Made by a program: the position numbers and the translations under genes
Shown: piece after piece, positions 10,514 to 23,124 of the stretch
Numbering within the stretch: the first letter of the stretch is position 1
Layout: the number at the start of each line of letters is the position of its first letter
The notes under the pieces: generated by a model
What the model saw: the letters and a program-made list of their open reading frames with translations, nothing else
Told to the model about the DNA's origin: nothing
The model's database searches: none
DNA from: an uncultured Ectothiorhodospiraceae bacterium
GTDB taxonomy: Bacteria > Pseudomonadota > Gammaproteobacteria > HK1
Reading direction: 5' to 3'
Length of the DNA: 62,810 nucleotides
Assembly: GCA_964605765.1 (NCBI GenBank)
Contig: CAZSDY010000001.1
Span: forward strand, 1-62,810

Positions 10514-12237
10514 CAGGCGAGCTCTCGATCGCACAGGGCCGAGAGACGCATCTCGTGATGGCCCTTGCCCTGGATCATCATCGGATAGACATTCTCGGCC
10601 GGGTCGGTGATGAAGTCCATGAACACCAGCCTGTCCTTCATGGCAATCGCCTCTTTGAGCGCGCCCTCGACGTCGCCGGGTTTGTCGATCAGCATGCCGA
10701 CGTGCCCGAAGCTCTCGGCCAGCTTCACGAAATCGGGCAGTGCGTCCATGTAGGAATGGGAATAGCGGTGCTCGTACATGAACTCCTGCCACTGGCGCAC
10801 CATGCCGAGATAACGGTTGTTGAGGTTCACCACCTTGATCGGCAGACCGTACTGCTTGGCCGTGGATAACTCCTGAATGCACATCACGATGCTGCCTTCG
10901 CCGGTCACGCAGGCAACCGTCTCGTCGGGGTGGGCAAACTGCACGCCCATGGCCGCCGGCAGGCCGAATCCCATGGTGCCGAGCCCCCCGGAGTTGATCC
11001 AGCGCCTCGGCTTACTGAACGGATAGAACTGCGCGGCCCACATCTGGTGCTGCCCCACGTCGGAGGTGATGAAGGCATCGCCGTTCGTTACCTCATGGAG
11101 TTTCTGCAGCACATACTGGGGTTTGATCAGCGTATCGGACCACTCGTAGCGCAAACAGTCGATGGCCTTCCATGCCCTGATGCGTTCCCACCAGGCAGCG
11201 AGGGCCTGCGCGTCCGGCTTGCGCTCGGTGTTGTGCAACACCCTGTTCAAGTCGCTCAGCACGCTCTTCACCGAGCCAACGATCGGGACGTGCACCTTGA
11301 CCGTCTTGGCGATTGATGAAGGGTCTATGTCGATGTGCACGATCTTCGCGTTAGGGCAGAACTTCTTGACGTCGCCCACCACGCGGTCGTCGAAACGCGC
11401 CCCTATGCCGATCAGCACATCGCAGTGATGCATCGCCATGTTGGCTTCGTAGGTGCCGTGCATGCCCAGCATGCCGACGAACTGATCGTCGGAGGCCGGA
11501 AAAGAACCGAGCCCCATCAACGTATTGGTCACTGGATAGCCGAGAGCGCGCGCGAACTCGATGAGCTCAGGCGAGGCATCATCGAGCACGACGCCACCAC
11601 CGGCATAGATCATGGGTTGCCTGGCCGACACAATGAGCTTGACCGCCCGCTTGATCTGACCCGCGTGGCCCTTGTAGACGGGGTTGTACGAACGCAGCCT
11701 GATTTCGGCCGGGTACTTGTAGGGGACCTTGATGTCGGGTTGCGTCACGTCCTTGGGAATGTCGACCACCACCGGCCCGGGCCTGCCCGATGTCGCGATG
11801 TAGAAGGCCTTCTTGAGCGTGACAGCCAGATCGCGCGCATCCGTAACTAGAAAGTTGTGCTTCACACAGGGCCGCGTGATACCGACGCAGTCGACCTCCT
11901 GGAAGGCATCCATGCCGATCGCGCTGGTCGGCACCTGCCCGGTCAACACGACCATGGGAATGGAATCCATGTACGCGGTCGCGATACCGGTCACCGCGTT
12001 CGTGGCGCCGGGGCCGGATGTCACCAGGCACACGCCGGGCCTGCCGGTTGCGCGCGCGTAACCGTCCGCCATGTGCGCGGCGCCCTGCTCATGGCGCACC
12101 AGGACATGCTTGATATCGCCCTGCTCGTACAGTGCATCGTAGATATGCAGCACGGCCCCGCCCGGGTAGCCGAAGATGATATCCACGCCTTCGTCCTTGA
12201 GGAATTGAACGAGGATCTGTGCTCCAGAAAGTTCCAC
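10513..12237 (-). CDS. ilvI: acetolactate synthase large subunit
   Basis: ThDP-enzyme motifs GYPGGAVLHIYDAL and GGLGTMGFGLPAAMG. GTG at 12237 (VELSGAQIL) has GGAG 10 nt upstream. The in-frame ATG at 12300 would put a terminator hairpin inside the CDS. Confidence 0.93.
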   Translation of the reverse strand: MELSGAQILVQFLKDEGVDIIFGYPGGAVLHIYDALYEQGDIKHVLVRHEQGAAHMADGYARATGRPGVCLVTSGPGATNAVTGIATAYMDSIPMVVLTGQVPTSAIGMDAFQEVDCVGITRPCVKHNFLVTDARDLAVTLKKAFYIATSGRPGPVVVDIPKDVTQPDIKVPYKYPAEIRLRSYNPVYKGHAGQIKRAVKLIVSARQPMIYAGGGVVLDDASPELIEFARALGYPVTNTLMGLGSFPASDDQFVGMLGMHGTYEANMAMHHCDVLIGIGARFDDRVVGDVKKFCPNAKIVHIDIDPSSIAKTVKVHVPIVGSVKSVLSDLNRVLHNTERKPDAQALAAWWERIRAWKAIDCLRYEWSDTLIKPQYVLQKLHEVTNGDAFITSDVGQHQMWAAQFYPFSKPRRWINSGGLGTMGFGLPAAMGVQFAHPDETVACVTGEGSIVMCIQELSTAKQYGLPIKVVNLNNRYLGMVRQWQEFMYEHRYSHSYMDALPDFVKLAESFGHVGMLIDKPGDVEGALKEAIAMKDRLVFMDFITDPAENVYPMMIQGKGHHEMRLSALCDRELA

Positions 12238-12253
12238 CGGCGAAAATCTCCAG

Positions 12254-12277
12254 AAAAAAACGCCCGCTCGAGCGGGC
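12254..12277 (-). terminator. intrinsic-terminator-like hairpin plus U-run in the ilvIH leader (putative attenuator)
   Basis: Minus strand reads GCCCGC-TCGA-GCGGGC-G-TTTTTTT, 17 nt upstream of the GTG start of ilvI. No upstream minus-strand gene exists for it to terminate (proS is divergent). Confidence 0.55.
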
Positions 12278-12516
12278 TTCTCGTTGCTGATCCCAAACAT
12301 GGAAAACTACTGTCATTTTGACTAGAGGTCAAGGAGATGCCGCGCCGAACGCGACCATCTCGGCCTATGGCAAAACGCCCGCTGACAACCGATACTGTCG
12401 CGCGGTCCCCATCGTTTGTACCTGATCGCGTGTCGATGGCGGGATGCCGGCCCTCAGACGGCCCTGCGGACTGGACTAGATTCTGACGATCTCGAGACGC
12501 CGGGAGCTTGGATCTC

Positions 12517-14241
12517 ATGCGTGCCTCACAGCTACTGCTCGCCACCTTGAAGGAAACGCCTGCCGACGCGGAAGTCGTCAGCCACCAGCTCATGCTGCGG
12601 GCCGGAATGATTCGCATGCTGGCTGCCGGCTTGTATACGTGGCTGCCGATCGGCATGCGCGTCCTGCGCAAGGTGGAAAACATCGTCCGCGAGGAAATGG
12701 ACCGTGCCGGGGCGCAGGAAGTGCTGATGCCCGCGGTGCAGCCCGCCGAGATCTGGCGCGAATCGGGCCGCTGGGACGAGTACGGCCCGGAGTTGCTGCG
12801 CTTCACCGACCGCCATGCGCGGGAATTCTGCCTCGGACCCACGCATGAGGAGGTGATCACGGACATCGCGCGGCGCGAGATACGCAGCTACAAGCAACTG
12901 CCGGCGAACTTCTACCAGATCCAGACCAAGTTCCGAGACGAGATCAGGCCGCGTTTCGGCGTCATGCGCTCGCGCGAGTTCATCATGAAAGACGCCTACT
13001 CGTTCGGCATCGACAAGGCATCCCTCAAGCAGGCCTACGACCTGATGTACGATGCCTATACCCGCATCTTCACGCGAACGGGGCTCGACTTCCGTGTCGT
13101 CGTCGCCGACTCCGGCAGCATCGGCGGAAGCGTCTCAAACGAGTTTCACGTGCTCGCGGCCTCGGGGGAGGATGCCATAGCGTTCAGCACCGAGGGCAAC
13201 TTTGCGGCCAATGTCGAGCTGGTGCCGGCGCCGGGACCTGCCGCCGGGCGGGCCCCACCGAGAGAGGAGTTGCGGGCCGTCTCCACGCCCGGGCAGACCA
13301 CCATCGGCGCCGTCGCCGAGTTTCTGGACATGCCCGCCTCGCGCCTGGTCAAAACCTTGCTCGTCAAGGCCGAGGGCGGGGGTGTGATAGCCCTGCTGCT
13401 GCGCGGCGACCACGAGCTGAACCTGCTCAAGGCTGGTGCTGTCGCCGGCGTCGCGGATCCGGTCGTGTTTGCAAGCGCCGAGGACGTGCGGCAAACGACG
13501 GGTGCGGAGCCGGGCTCCATCGGTCCGGTGGACCTCGAGATCCCGGTCATCGCTGACAACGCGCTCAGCGCCATGGCGGACTTCGTGTGCGGAGCCAACC
13601 TGCCCGACCAGCATTACGTGGGGGTAAACTGGGAACGTGATCTGCCGGTGGCAAACTTCGCCGACCTGAGAAACGTCGTGGAAGGTGATCCCGACCCTGC
13701 AGGCAACGGCGTGCTGCGCATCGCCAGGGGAATCGAGGTGGGTCACATCTTCCAGCTAGGCACCAAGTACAGCGAGTCGATGCATGCGATGTGCCTGGAT
13801 GAGCGCGGCAAGGCCGTGCCAATGTCGATGGGTTGCTACGGCATCGGTGTGACACGTGTCGTGGCTGCGGCCATCGAGCAGAACCACGACGACAGGGGCA
13901 TTATCTGGCCGCTCGCCATTGCACCGTTTCACGTCGCCTTGCTGCCCATGAACATGCACAAGTCGGTGCGCCTGCGAGAGGCGGTAGCGGCGCTCGAAGG
14001 CGCGCTCGCGGACAACGGCGTGCAGGTGCTGGTCGACGACCGGCAGGTACGCCCGGGCGTCATGTTTGCGGATGCGGAGCTCATCGGCATCCCGTACCGT
14101 GTGGTGATGAGCGACCGCGGGCTCGACGAAGGCAGCGTCGAGTTCAAGAGTCGCGAAGGCGGCGAATCGCGGAACATCGACCTCGGCGAGGCCGGTGACT
14201 TTCTATCGCAGCGAGTGAAAAACGCGATGCGTGCGCCTTGA
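12517..14241 (+). CDS. proS: proline--tRNA ligase
   Basis: [33 protein letters not shown] matches the bacterial ProS N-terminus. Has an INS editing domain. The track start at 12508 is TTG; ATG at 12517 preferred. Confidence 0.96.
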   Translation: MRASQLLLATLKETPADAEVVSHQLMLRAGMIRMLAAGLYTWLPIGMRVLRKVENIVREEMDRAGAQEVLMPAVQPAEIWRESGRWDEYGPELLRFTDRHAREFCLGPTHEEVITDIARREIRSYKQLPANFYQIQTKFRDEIRPRFGVMRSREFIMKDAYSFGIDKASLKQAYDLMYDAYTRIFTRTGLDFRVVVADSGSIGGSVSNEFHVLAASGEDAIAFSTEGNFAANVELVPAPGPAAGRAPPREELRAVSTPGQTTIGAVAEFLDMPASRLVKTLLVKAEGGGVIALLLRGDHELNLLKAGAVAGVADPVVFASAEDVRQTTGAEPGSIGPVDLEIPVIADNALSAMADFVCGANLPDQHYVGVNWERDLPVANFADLRNVVEGDPDPAGNGVLRIARGIEVGHIFQLGTKYSESMHAMCLDERGKAVPMSMGCYGIGVTRVVAAAIEQNHDDRGIIWPLAIAPFHVALLPMNMHKSVRLREAVAALEGALADNGVQVLVDDRQVRPGVMFADAELIGIPYRVVMSDRGLDEGSVEFKSREGGESRNIDLGEAGDFLSQRVKNAMRAP

Positions 14242-14355
14242 CGACTCCGGACATCAAGCACGGCGGTGACCCACGGGGCCGGCCCTTGCCGAGCGCGCAC
14301 GTTGTAGACTACAAAGCGTCAAACGCGAAAACTTGCGGAGATCGACGGTCGTTCA

Positions 14356-16574
<2,219 letters not shown>

Positions 16575-16615
16575 GCGCCGCGCGAAGGGGACCGCCACGG
16601 CCCGTCGAGGCCACC

Positions 16616-17323
16616 TCAGGTGATGCCCAGCATGCGTTTCACGAACGGGATGGTGACCAGACGCTTCTCGGCCAGCGTCGTGCGGTCAAGGCGATCGAGC
16701 AGCGCCATCAGCGCGTGCATGTCGCGCGGCTGGCGGTGCATGAGGAAATCCGCTACCGCATCCGGGATCTGGAAACCACGGCTCACGGCGCGGCGCTGCA
16801 GCGCCTGCTTGCGCCCGGCATCATCGAGCTCGCGAAGCTGGTAGGCAACACCGGAGGAAAGCCTCGAGGCGAGGTCGCGCAGCACAAAGGATATTTCCGA
16901 AACCTTGCTGGCCGCGCTGACCAGCATCCGCGTCCCGGCTGCGTCCGCACGGTTGTAGAGGTCGAACAGGGCACGCTCCCAGTCCTCGCGCCCGGCGATC
17001 ACCTGCACGTCGTCGATGCAGATCACCGATATCCGCTCCAGTCCGTCGAGGAGGCGCAGTGAAAGCTCATGGCGAAGCGAGAGCGGAAGGTACGTGACGG
17101 TTTGCGGCCCGTCGCTCAGATGCTGGCAGACCGCTTCGAGCAAATGCGTCTTGCCACTGCCGGGGCGACCCCACAGCAGCACGAGCCGCGTGCCGCGCCC
17201 GGCCAACATCTCGGTGAGCGCGTGGACTGCCTCGCGGTTGCGACCCGGCACGAAGTTGTCGAAGCCCGCCCCTTGGGGCAGGTTGAGCCGTAGCGGGATC
17301 TGTGAGAGCTTTTCGGGTGTCAA
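16616..17323 (-). CDS. hda: DnaA regulatory inactivator Hda
   Basis: LWGRPGSGKTHLLEAVC Walker A and the C-terminal KRLVTIPFVKRML typical of Hda. TTG start overlapping the stop of the upstream gene. Confidence 0.88.
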   Translation of the reverse strand: MTPEKLSQIPLRLNLPQGAGFDNFVPGRNREAVHALTEMLAGRGTRLVLLWGRPGSGKTHLLEAVCQHLSDGPQTVTYLPLSLRHELSLRLLDGLERISVICIDDVQVIAGREDWERALFDLYNRADAAGTRMLVSAASKVSEISFVLRDLASRLSSGVAYQLRELDDAGRKQALQRRAVSRGFQIPDAVADFLMHRQPRDMHALMALLDRLDRTTLAEKRLVTIPFVKRMLGIT

Positions 17324-18393
17324 GGCAACAGGCGGTATTGCATCGCATCGCCACCGGCCACCGGGTCCAGGGTGCGGCCGAGCGCAATGATCTGTTCAAG
17401 CGCCGGCTGCCCGCCTTGCGCCTCCAGGTGGAACGACACCCGATCGCCGGCAGCCCCCGTCACGTCGACGCGCGAGACACCGTCGAGCGATTGCAGGTAG
17501 GCCAGCACACGCGCGTAGTCGGCCAGTGTACGAACCTGCGCGATGTGCAGGCCGACTGCCGCCTCGGCCGTGTTTCCGGGCCTGCGCGCGAAGCGCTGTG
17601 CCAGGCGGTCCGTCGCGTCGTTTATGCCTGCGTCGAGCACTGCATCGAGTGAGGGATCACGGGTTGTCCAGTCGTCCGCGAAGCCCTCCCCGGCATACAG
17701 CCGCCATTTCGCTTCCCACAGATCCGCGCCTTGCGGATAGGCGTTGACGGTGAGAATCGTGTCGGGCTGGTAACGCGCCGATGCGGCGAGAATCTTTTCC
17801 CTGAAGGCCATCCACACGTCGCCCGCGCCGAGACGGGCCCGGTCTTCGAGGTCGAGCAGCGGGATTACCAGCGGCAGACCGCGCAGCGCCGCAGCATCAC
17901 GGATCACCTGCGTCACGGTGGCGCTATCGTCCACCCCGACCAGATCACGCTCGCCCTGCGACTCCAGGGCGAGCCACACGAGCACCGAGGGCCGGATGCG
18001 TCCCCAAGCGGGCAGCCCCGCCCTGAGCACCAGGCGGCCGATAGCCGACTCGTCGAAGTGTGCCCATAACCTGAGTTCCCCGGTGGGCAACTCGGTCTCT
18101 CCCAGAGTCTCGATGGCGAGCGTGCGATAGCGGTACTGCTCGACGTAGCGCCCGGGACTGCTCATCGCCTGCACGATCCCCGGGTACGATTTCGGGTCCC
18201 GCCGCCCGCTCACCTTGACCAGCACGTCGCGCAGTGCCGCACCGAGCGCGAGGTCGCGCTGTTTGGCGTCCTTGCTGGGCACGGACACCTCCGCCTCGTA
18301 CAATCCCTCCACGCGAGCGGCATGCGCAACTCGCACGAGCCCCAGACCCGACCAACAGGCAGCGATGACGACAATTGAGCGGCAAACGCGCAT
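17320..18393 (-). CDS. DUF2066-like secreted protein
   Basis: Signal peptide MRVCRSIVVIAACWSGLGLVRVAHA. Conserved position between hda and the divergent purMN, as in Pseudomonas-type genomes. Confidence 0.7.
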   Translation of the reverse strand: MRVCRSIVVIAACWSGLGLVRVAHAARVEGLYEAEVSVPSKDAKQRDLALGAALRDVLVKVSGRRDPKSYPGIVQAMSSPGRYVEQYRYRTLAIETLGETELPTGELRLWAHFDESAIGRLVLRAGLPAWGRIRPSVLVWLALESQGERDLVGVDDSATVTQVIRDAAALRGLPLVIPLLDLEDRARLGAGDVWMAFREKILAASARYQPDTILTVNAYPQGADLWEAKWRLYAGEGFADDWTTRDPSLDAVLDAGINDATDRLAQRFARRPGNTAEAAVGLHIAQVRTLADYARVLAYLQSLDGVSRVDVTGAAGDRVSFHLEAQGGQPALEQIIALGRTLDPVAGGDAMQYRLLP

Positions 18394-18476
18394 GCAGCGA
18401 CGCTATGCGCAGCACCCGTGCAAGTCAAGGATCGGGCGCTAGTGTATTGTCTCACCACGCTTTATGATCTCGAGCC

Positions 18477-19544
18477 GTGAGCAGATCGTGCCCGCCCCCG
18501 CTGAGCTATCGCGACGCCGGTGTCGATATCGACCGGGCCGATGAACTCATCGGCCGCATCAAATCGCTGGCGGCCGGCACCCCGCGCACCGGCGTGCTCG
18601 GCGGCATAGGCGGATTCGGTGGGTTGTTCGAGCTGCCGCTCGAGCGATACCGCCATCCCGTGCTGGTCTCCGGCACCGACGGGGTGGGCACCAAGCTGCG
18701 CCTCGCCATCGACCTGGGGATCCACGACACCGTGGGCATCGATCTCGTCGCGATGTGCGTGAACGATATTCTGGTGCTCGGCGCGGAGCCGCTGTTCTTT
18801 CTCGATTACTTTGCCACCGCCCGGCTCGACGTCGCCGTCGCCGAAGCGGTCGTTCGCGGCATATCGCGCGGCTGCGAGATTGCCGGCATGGCCTTGCTCG
18901 GCGGCGAAACAGCGGAGCTGCCGGGCATGTACGCACCCGGCGACTACGATCTCGCGGGCTTCTGCGTGGGGGTGGTCGAGAAGGCGCGGATTATCGACAG
19001 CGCGTCCGTGCGCGCCGGCGATGTCCTGCTCGGCATCGCATCGAGCGGGCCCCACTCCAACGGCTACTCGCTGATTCGCAAGGTGCTGGAACGGTCTGCG
19101 GCGGGGCTGGAAATGCTGCTCGGCGATGCCACGCTGGGCGAGATCCTGATGGCCCCCACGCGGATCTACGCGGCGGCCACAAAAGCGCTGCTGTCGAGCG
19201 TATCCGTGCACGCCATGGCACACATCACCGGGGGCGGACTGCTGGAGAACATCCCGCGCGTGTTGCCCAACGGCCTGCACGCACGCATGGACCTGCGCTG
19301 CTGGCAGCGCCCGCCGGTCTTCCGGTGGTTGCAGGAAGGCGGCCAGATCGACGATCAGGAAATGCTGCGCACCTTCAATTGCGGCCTCGGCATGGTCGTG
19401 TGCGTGGCGGCCGCGGAGGCAGAGGCTGCCTGCCGCGCGCTGCTGGACAGTGGCGAGAAGGTCACGCAGGTCGGGCACATCGTCGCCGACGATGTCGTCC
19501 CGCCGCGGGTGATCGTGGATGGACTGGCGGTGGCCGATGGCTGA
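18477..19544 (+). CDS. purM: phosphoribosylformylglycinamidine cyclo-ligase
   Basis: [21 protein letters not shown], then the DGVGTKL and HSNGYSL motifs. GTG start. Confidence 0.95.
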   Translation: MSRSCPPPLSYRDAGVDIDRADELIGRIKSLAAGTPRTGVLGGIGGFGGLFELPLERYRHPVLVSGTDGVGTKLRLAIDLGIHDTVGIDLVAMCVNDILVLGAEPLFFLDYFATARLDVAVAEAVVRGISRGCEIAGMALLGGETAELPGMYAPGDYDLAGFCVGVVEKARIIDSASVRAGDVLLGIASSGPHSNGYSLIRKVLERSAAGLEMLLGDATLGEILMAPTRIYAAATKALLSSVSVHAMAHITGGGLLENIPRVLPNGLHARMDLRCWQRPPVFRWLQEGGQIDDQEMLRTFNCGLGMVVCVAAAEAEAACRALLDSGEKVTQVGHIVADDVVPPRVIVDGLAVADG

Positions 19545-20172
19545 GCCGCTTTCCGTCGTTGCGCTGATTTCCGGGCGTGGCACGAATCTCCAGGCGATCA
19601 TCGATGCAGCACGCGACGACTTCCCGGCCCGGCTCGTCGCGGTCATCAGCAACCGCCCCGGCGTGGCGGGCCTGGAGCGTGCGGCGCGCGCCGGCATCCC
19701 GGCGCACACGGTCGATCACAAGGACTACGGCTCGCGCGAGTCCTTCGAGGCGGCGTTGCGCGCACGGTTAGCCCCCTACGCACCGGACCTCGTCGTGCTG
19801 GCGGGCTTCATGCGTATACTTACGCCCGAGTTCATCGCCGGCTTTGCCGACCGGCTGCTGAACATCCACCCCTCGCTGCTGCCGCGCTTCCCGGGACTCG
19901 ATACGCACCAGCGGGCGCTCGATGCCGGTGTGCGCGAGCACGGCGCCAGCGTGCATTTCGTGACGCCGGAGCTCGATGCGGGCCCCGTCATCATTCAGGC
20001 GCGGGTGCCGGTCGAGCCCGGCGACGACGCCGAGACGCTCGCCGCCAGAGTCCTCGAGCAGGAGCACCGCATCTATGTGCAGGCAATCCGCTGGTTCGCC
20101 GAGGACAGGCTGCGCGTGGCCGGCAGGCAGGTGCTGCTCGATGGGCAGCCCGTCGACCTCGTTGCAGGCTAA
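19537..20172 (+). CDS. purN: phosphoribosylglycinamide formyltransferase
   Basis: [18 protein letters not shown] and NIHPSLLP motifs. ATG at 19537 overlaps the purM stop. Confidence 0.94.
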   Translation: MAEPLSVVALISGRGTNLQAIIDAARDDFPARLVAVISNRPGVAGLERAARAGIPAHTVDHKDYGSRESFEAALRARLAPYAPDLVVLAGFMRILTPEFIAGFADRLLNIHPSLLPRFPGLDTHQRALDAGVREHGASVHFVTPELDAGPVIIQARVPVEPGDDAETLAARVLEQEHRIYVQAIRWFAEDRLRVAGRQVLLDGQPVDLVAG

Positions 20173-20408
20173 AGAAAGGCGCCTCGGAGAAAGTGGCGCG
20201 CGCCCCGACGACGCTTTTCCACCAGTCCACACGCCGTAGGCTTACATATCATGGGCTTGCGGCTCGTGGACCCCGTGGGAGACCCCCGACACCCGTCAAC
20301 GATGCCGAATTCCTCGAAGACCTGGCTTTGAGGGAAGACAACGCATCGAATATCACTCGATAGCAGTTGACCCGGCGCGGCGCCGGCCCGGGGACTTTGC
20401 TCCAGAGC

Positions 20409-21170
20409 CTAACGCGCGCGCCTGGCCGCCTGCTGCGCCGCGCTCAGGATGCCGCGCAGGATGTTGAGCTCGGCGTTGTCGGGCTCGAGCCGGTTGAACA
20501 TCTTGCGCAGGCGGCGCATCAGCAGGCGCGGCGCGCGTTCATCGTAGTAGCCGATTTCGCTTAGCGCCTGCGCGAGGTGCGTGTACAGACCGTCCATCTG
20601 CTCGGTGGTCACGGGCACGTGTGCGGGCGTGCATACGGGCGCCTGCCCGCCGCCGGGGGCATCACCCGCAGGTAACGCAAGCGCCACCTCATAGCCGAGG
20701 ATCTGCACGGCAGCCGCCAGATTGAGAGAGCCGAATGCAGGATTGGCGGGAATGCGCACCACGGCGTGGCATTGGTCCAGATCGGCATTTGCGAGCCCCG
20801 AGCTCTCGCGTCCGAAGACCAGAGCAACCTCGGCGTGCGCCACACGCGCACGGACCTGGGCCGCGCACTGCCGCGCGTCGATCTCCGGCCAGCCGATGTG
20901 GCGCGCGCGCGCGCTGGCGCCCGCCACCCAGGTGCAGCCGGCCAGCGCTGCGCCGAGCGAGCGACAACGTGTGGCTGCATGCAGAATATCGTCGGCGCCG
21001 GCCGCCCTGGCAGTCGCCTCGGCCGAGGGCAAACACTTGGGATTGACCAGGAACAAGCGCTCGAGGCCCATGGTCTTCATGGCGCGCGCCACCGCGCCGA
21101 TGTTACCCGGGTGCGAGGGCTCGATCAGGACGATTCGCAGCCCCGCGCTGACAGCAGCATCGCTTGTCAT
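20409..21170 (-). CDS. trmJ: tRNA (cytidine/uridine-2'-O-)-methyltransferase TrmJ
   Basis: SpoU/TrmH fold: RIVLIEPSHPGNIGAVARAMKTMG ... IPANPAFGSLNLAAAV. Confidence 0.88.
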   Translation of the reverse strand: MTSDAAVSAGLRIVLIEPSHPGNIGAVARAMKTMGLERLFLVNPKCLPSAEATARAAGADDILHAATRCRSLGAALAGCTWVAGASARARHIGWPEIDARQCAAQVRARVAHAEVALVFGRESSGLANADLDQCHAVVRIPANPAFGSLNLAAAVQILGYEVALALPAGDAPGGGQAPVCTPAHVPVTTEQMDGLYTHLAQALSEIGYYDERAPRLLMRRLRKMFNRLEPDNAELNILRGILSAAQQAARRAR

Positions 21171-21259
21171 TGTTGCACGCCGGCGGACTCAGCAGTGTAC
21201 TGTTTCACGAGTACACTAGAATATACGGTCATTCCTTGCCTTCTATTGGAGATCATCGG

Positions 21260-22057
21260 GTGCATGCGCTCGTCAACATTGCCATTCGTGCCGCGCGTGC
21301 GGCGGGCAACATCATCGTACGCCATGCCGAGCATGTCGATGGCCTGCAGATCAACATCAAGGGCATGAACGACTTCGTGACCGCTGTCGACGAGCAGGCC
21401 GAGCAGGCCATCATCGACGTCATCCGCAAAGTCTACCCGGAGCACGGCATCCTCGCCGAGGAGTCCGGGCAAAGTGGCGGCGACGAAACCGTATGGATCA
21501 TAGATCCACTGGACGGCACGACGAATTTCCTGCACGGCTTTCCGCAGTTCGCCGTGTCCATCGCGATCAAGCACAAGGGCCGCCTGGAGCACGCGGTGGT
21601 GTTCGACCCCCTGCGCCAGGAAATGTTCAGCGCCTCGCGCGGCGCGGGCGCGCAGCTCAACGAGCGCAAGGTCCGGGTGAGCGCCCGCAACGACCTGTCC
21701 GGTGCATTGCTCGGCACGGGTTTCCCGTTTCGTGCCATGCATGACCTCGACGCTTACCTCGACACCTTCCGGGCACTCGTCACCGTAACCGCAGGTGTGC
21801 GCCGCGCGGGTGCCGCCGCACTGGACCTCGCATACGTCGCGGCCGGCCGGCTCGACGGGTTCTGGGAGTTCGGACTCAAACCGTGGGACCTCGCCGCCGG
21901 CGCCGTGCTGATTCAGGAGGCGGGCGGGCTGGTCACCTCGCCGAGCGGTGCGGATACGTGGTTTGATTCGGGCAACATCGCCGCCGCCAATCCGAAGGTG
22001 CTCAAGGCCATGCTCAAATGCATCAGGCCACACCTGCGGGGTTCGCTGGCCGGATAG
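21260..22057 (+). CDS. suhB: inositol monophosphatase family protein SuhB
   Basis: VHALVNIAIRAARAAG, WIIDPLDGTTNF and WDLAAG motifs. GTG at 21260 with GGAG 9 nt upstream. Divergent from trmJ, as is typical. Confidence 0.92.
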   Translation: MHALVNIAIRAARAAGNIIVRHAEHVDGLQINIKGMNDFVTAVDEQAEQAIIDVIRKVYPEHGILAEESGQSGGDETVWIIDPLDGTTNFLHGFPQFAVSIAIKHKGRLEHAVVFDPLRQEMFSASRGAGAQLNERKVRVSARNDLSGALLGTGFPFRAMHDLDAYLDTFRALVTVTAGVRRAGAAALDLAYVAAGRLDGFWEFGLKPWDLAAGAVLIQEAGGLVTSPSGADTWFDSGNIAAANPKVLKAMLKCIRPHLRGSLAG

Positions 22058-22115
22058 TCGACCTGCCACATGGCTGCTCGCAACCCTGTAGCAAGACGCG
22101 CAATCCCTATAGGAT

Positions 22116-23120
22116 ATGCAGCCGTGGACTCATGAGCCGTTCGGGTCAAAGATCAGGAGACACACGCAGTTGTTCGAGAACGCGACGGTGGCCGTTGTGG
22201 TGCCCTGCTATAACGAGGAACTGTTGATCGGCACAGTCATCGAGACCATGCCCGGGCTCGTGGATCGTATTTTCGTGGTCGACGATCGCAGCACGGACGC
22301 CACGGCCGACAAGGCGCGCCGCTATGCCGCCGAGCAACCCGAGCGCATCACCGTTATCGAGCACGACGTCAACCAGGGCGTTGGCGGCGCCATTGCGACC
22401 GGCTACAAGGCGGCACTCGCCGAGCGCTTCGACATCACGGTGGTGATGGCGGGCGACGCGCAGATGGACCCCGATGACCTGCCCCATGTCGTGGCGCCGG
22501 TCGCCCGCGGCGAGTGTGATTACGCCAAGGGCAACCGCCTGTTCAGGGGCGACGCCTGGCAGCTCATTCCGCGCGTGCGATATCTCGGCAACTCCATGAT
22601 TTCGCTGCTCACCAAGATCGCTTCTGGCTACTGGCACGTGGCGGACTCGCAATCGGGATATACCGCCATCGGGCTCGTTGCTCTCGAGCGCATCGACTGG
22701 GACCACATGTTCAAGCGCTACGGCCAGCCCAACGATTTGCTGGTGCGCCTCAACATCTACAATTTCAAGGTGCGCGACGTGAACGTCAAGCCCGTCTACG
22801 GCATCGGGGAGGAATCGGGGGTCAAGCCCATTCGCATGATCCCGAAGCTCGCCTGGCTGCTGTTCCGGTTGTTCATGTATCGCCTGTTCCAGAAATATGT
22901 GATCCGCGACTTCCATCCGCTGCTGTTCTTCTACGCGCTCGGCATGGTGCTGTTCCCCACCGGATCGCTGCTCGGCGCATACCTGTTCTTCAGGCGCATC
23001 TTCGTGGGCCCTGTGGCCGAGACGAGCGCGCTGTTCGCGGTTTTTCTGGTCATCATGGGGTTGCAGTTCCTGCTCTTCGCCATGTGGTTCGACATGGAGT
23101 ACAACAAGGACCTCAAGTGA
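22116..23120 (+). CDS. GT2 glycosyltransferase with two C-terminal TM helices (GtrB/ArnC/DPM1-like polyprenol-phosphate sugar synthase type)
   Basis: VAVVVPCYNEE ... FVVDDRSTD ... MAGDAQMDP (DxD-type) GT-A motifs. C-terminal hydrophobic pair FHPLLFFYALGMVLFPTGSLLGAYLFF and ALFAVFLVIMGLQFLLFAMWF. Confidence 0.8.
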   Translation: MQPWTHEPFGSKIRRHTQLFENATVAVVVPCYNEELLIGTVIETMPGLVDRIFVVDDRSTDATADKARRYAAEQPERITVIEHDVNQGVGGAIATGYKAALAERFDITVVMAGDAQMDPDDLPHVVAPVARGECDYAKGNRLFRGDAWQLIPRVRYLGNSMISLLTKIASGYWHVADSQSGYTAIGLVALERIDWDHMFKRYGQPNDLLVRLNIYNFKVRDVNVKPVYGIGEESGVKPIRMIPKLAWLLFRLFMYRLFQKYVIRDFHPLLFFYALGMVLFPTGSLLGAYLFFRRIFVGPVAETSALFAVFLVIMGLQFLLFAMWFDMEYNKDLK

Positions 23121-23124
23121 GTCG

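Noticed and set aside
12318-12332. TTGAC-TAGAG-GTCAA palindrome in the ilvI-proS intergenic region
   Set aside because: It has the same half-sites as the DNR-type boxes but with 5-nt rather than 4-nt spacing, which breaks the FNR/CRP-family geometry. There is no denitrification context, so it is possibly a coincidence or a site for a different regulator.
18462-19709. 415-aa minus-strand ORF
   Set aside because: It is antisense to purM/purN and shows the same artefact composition.
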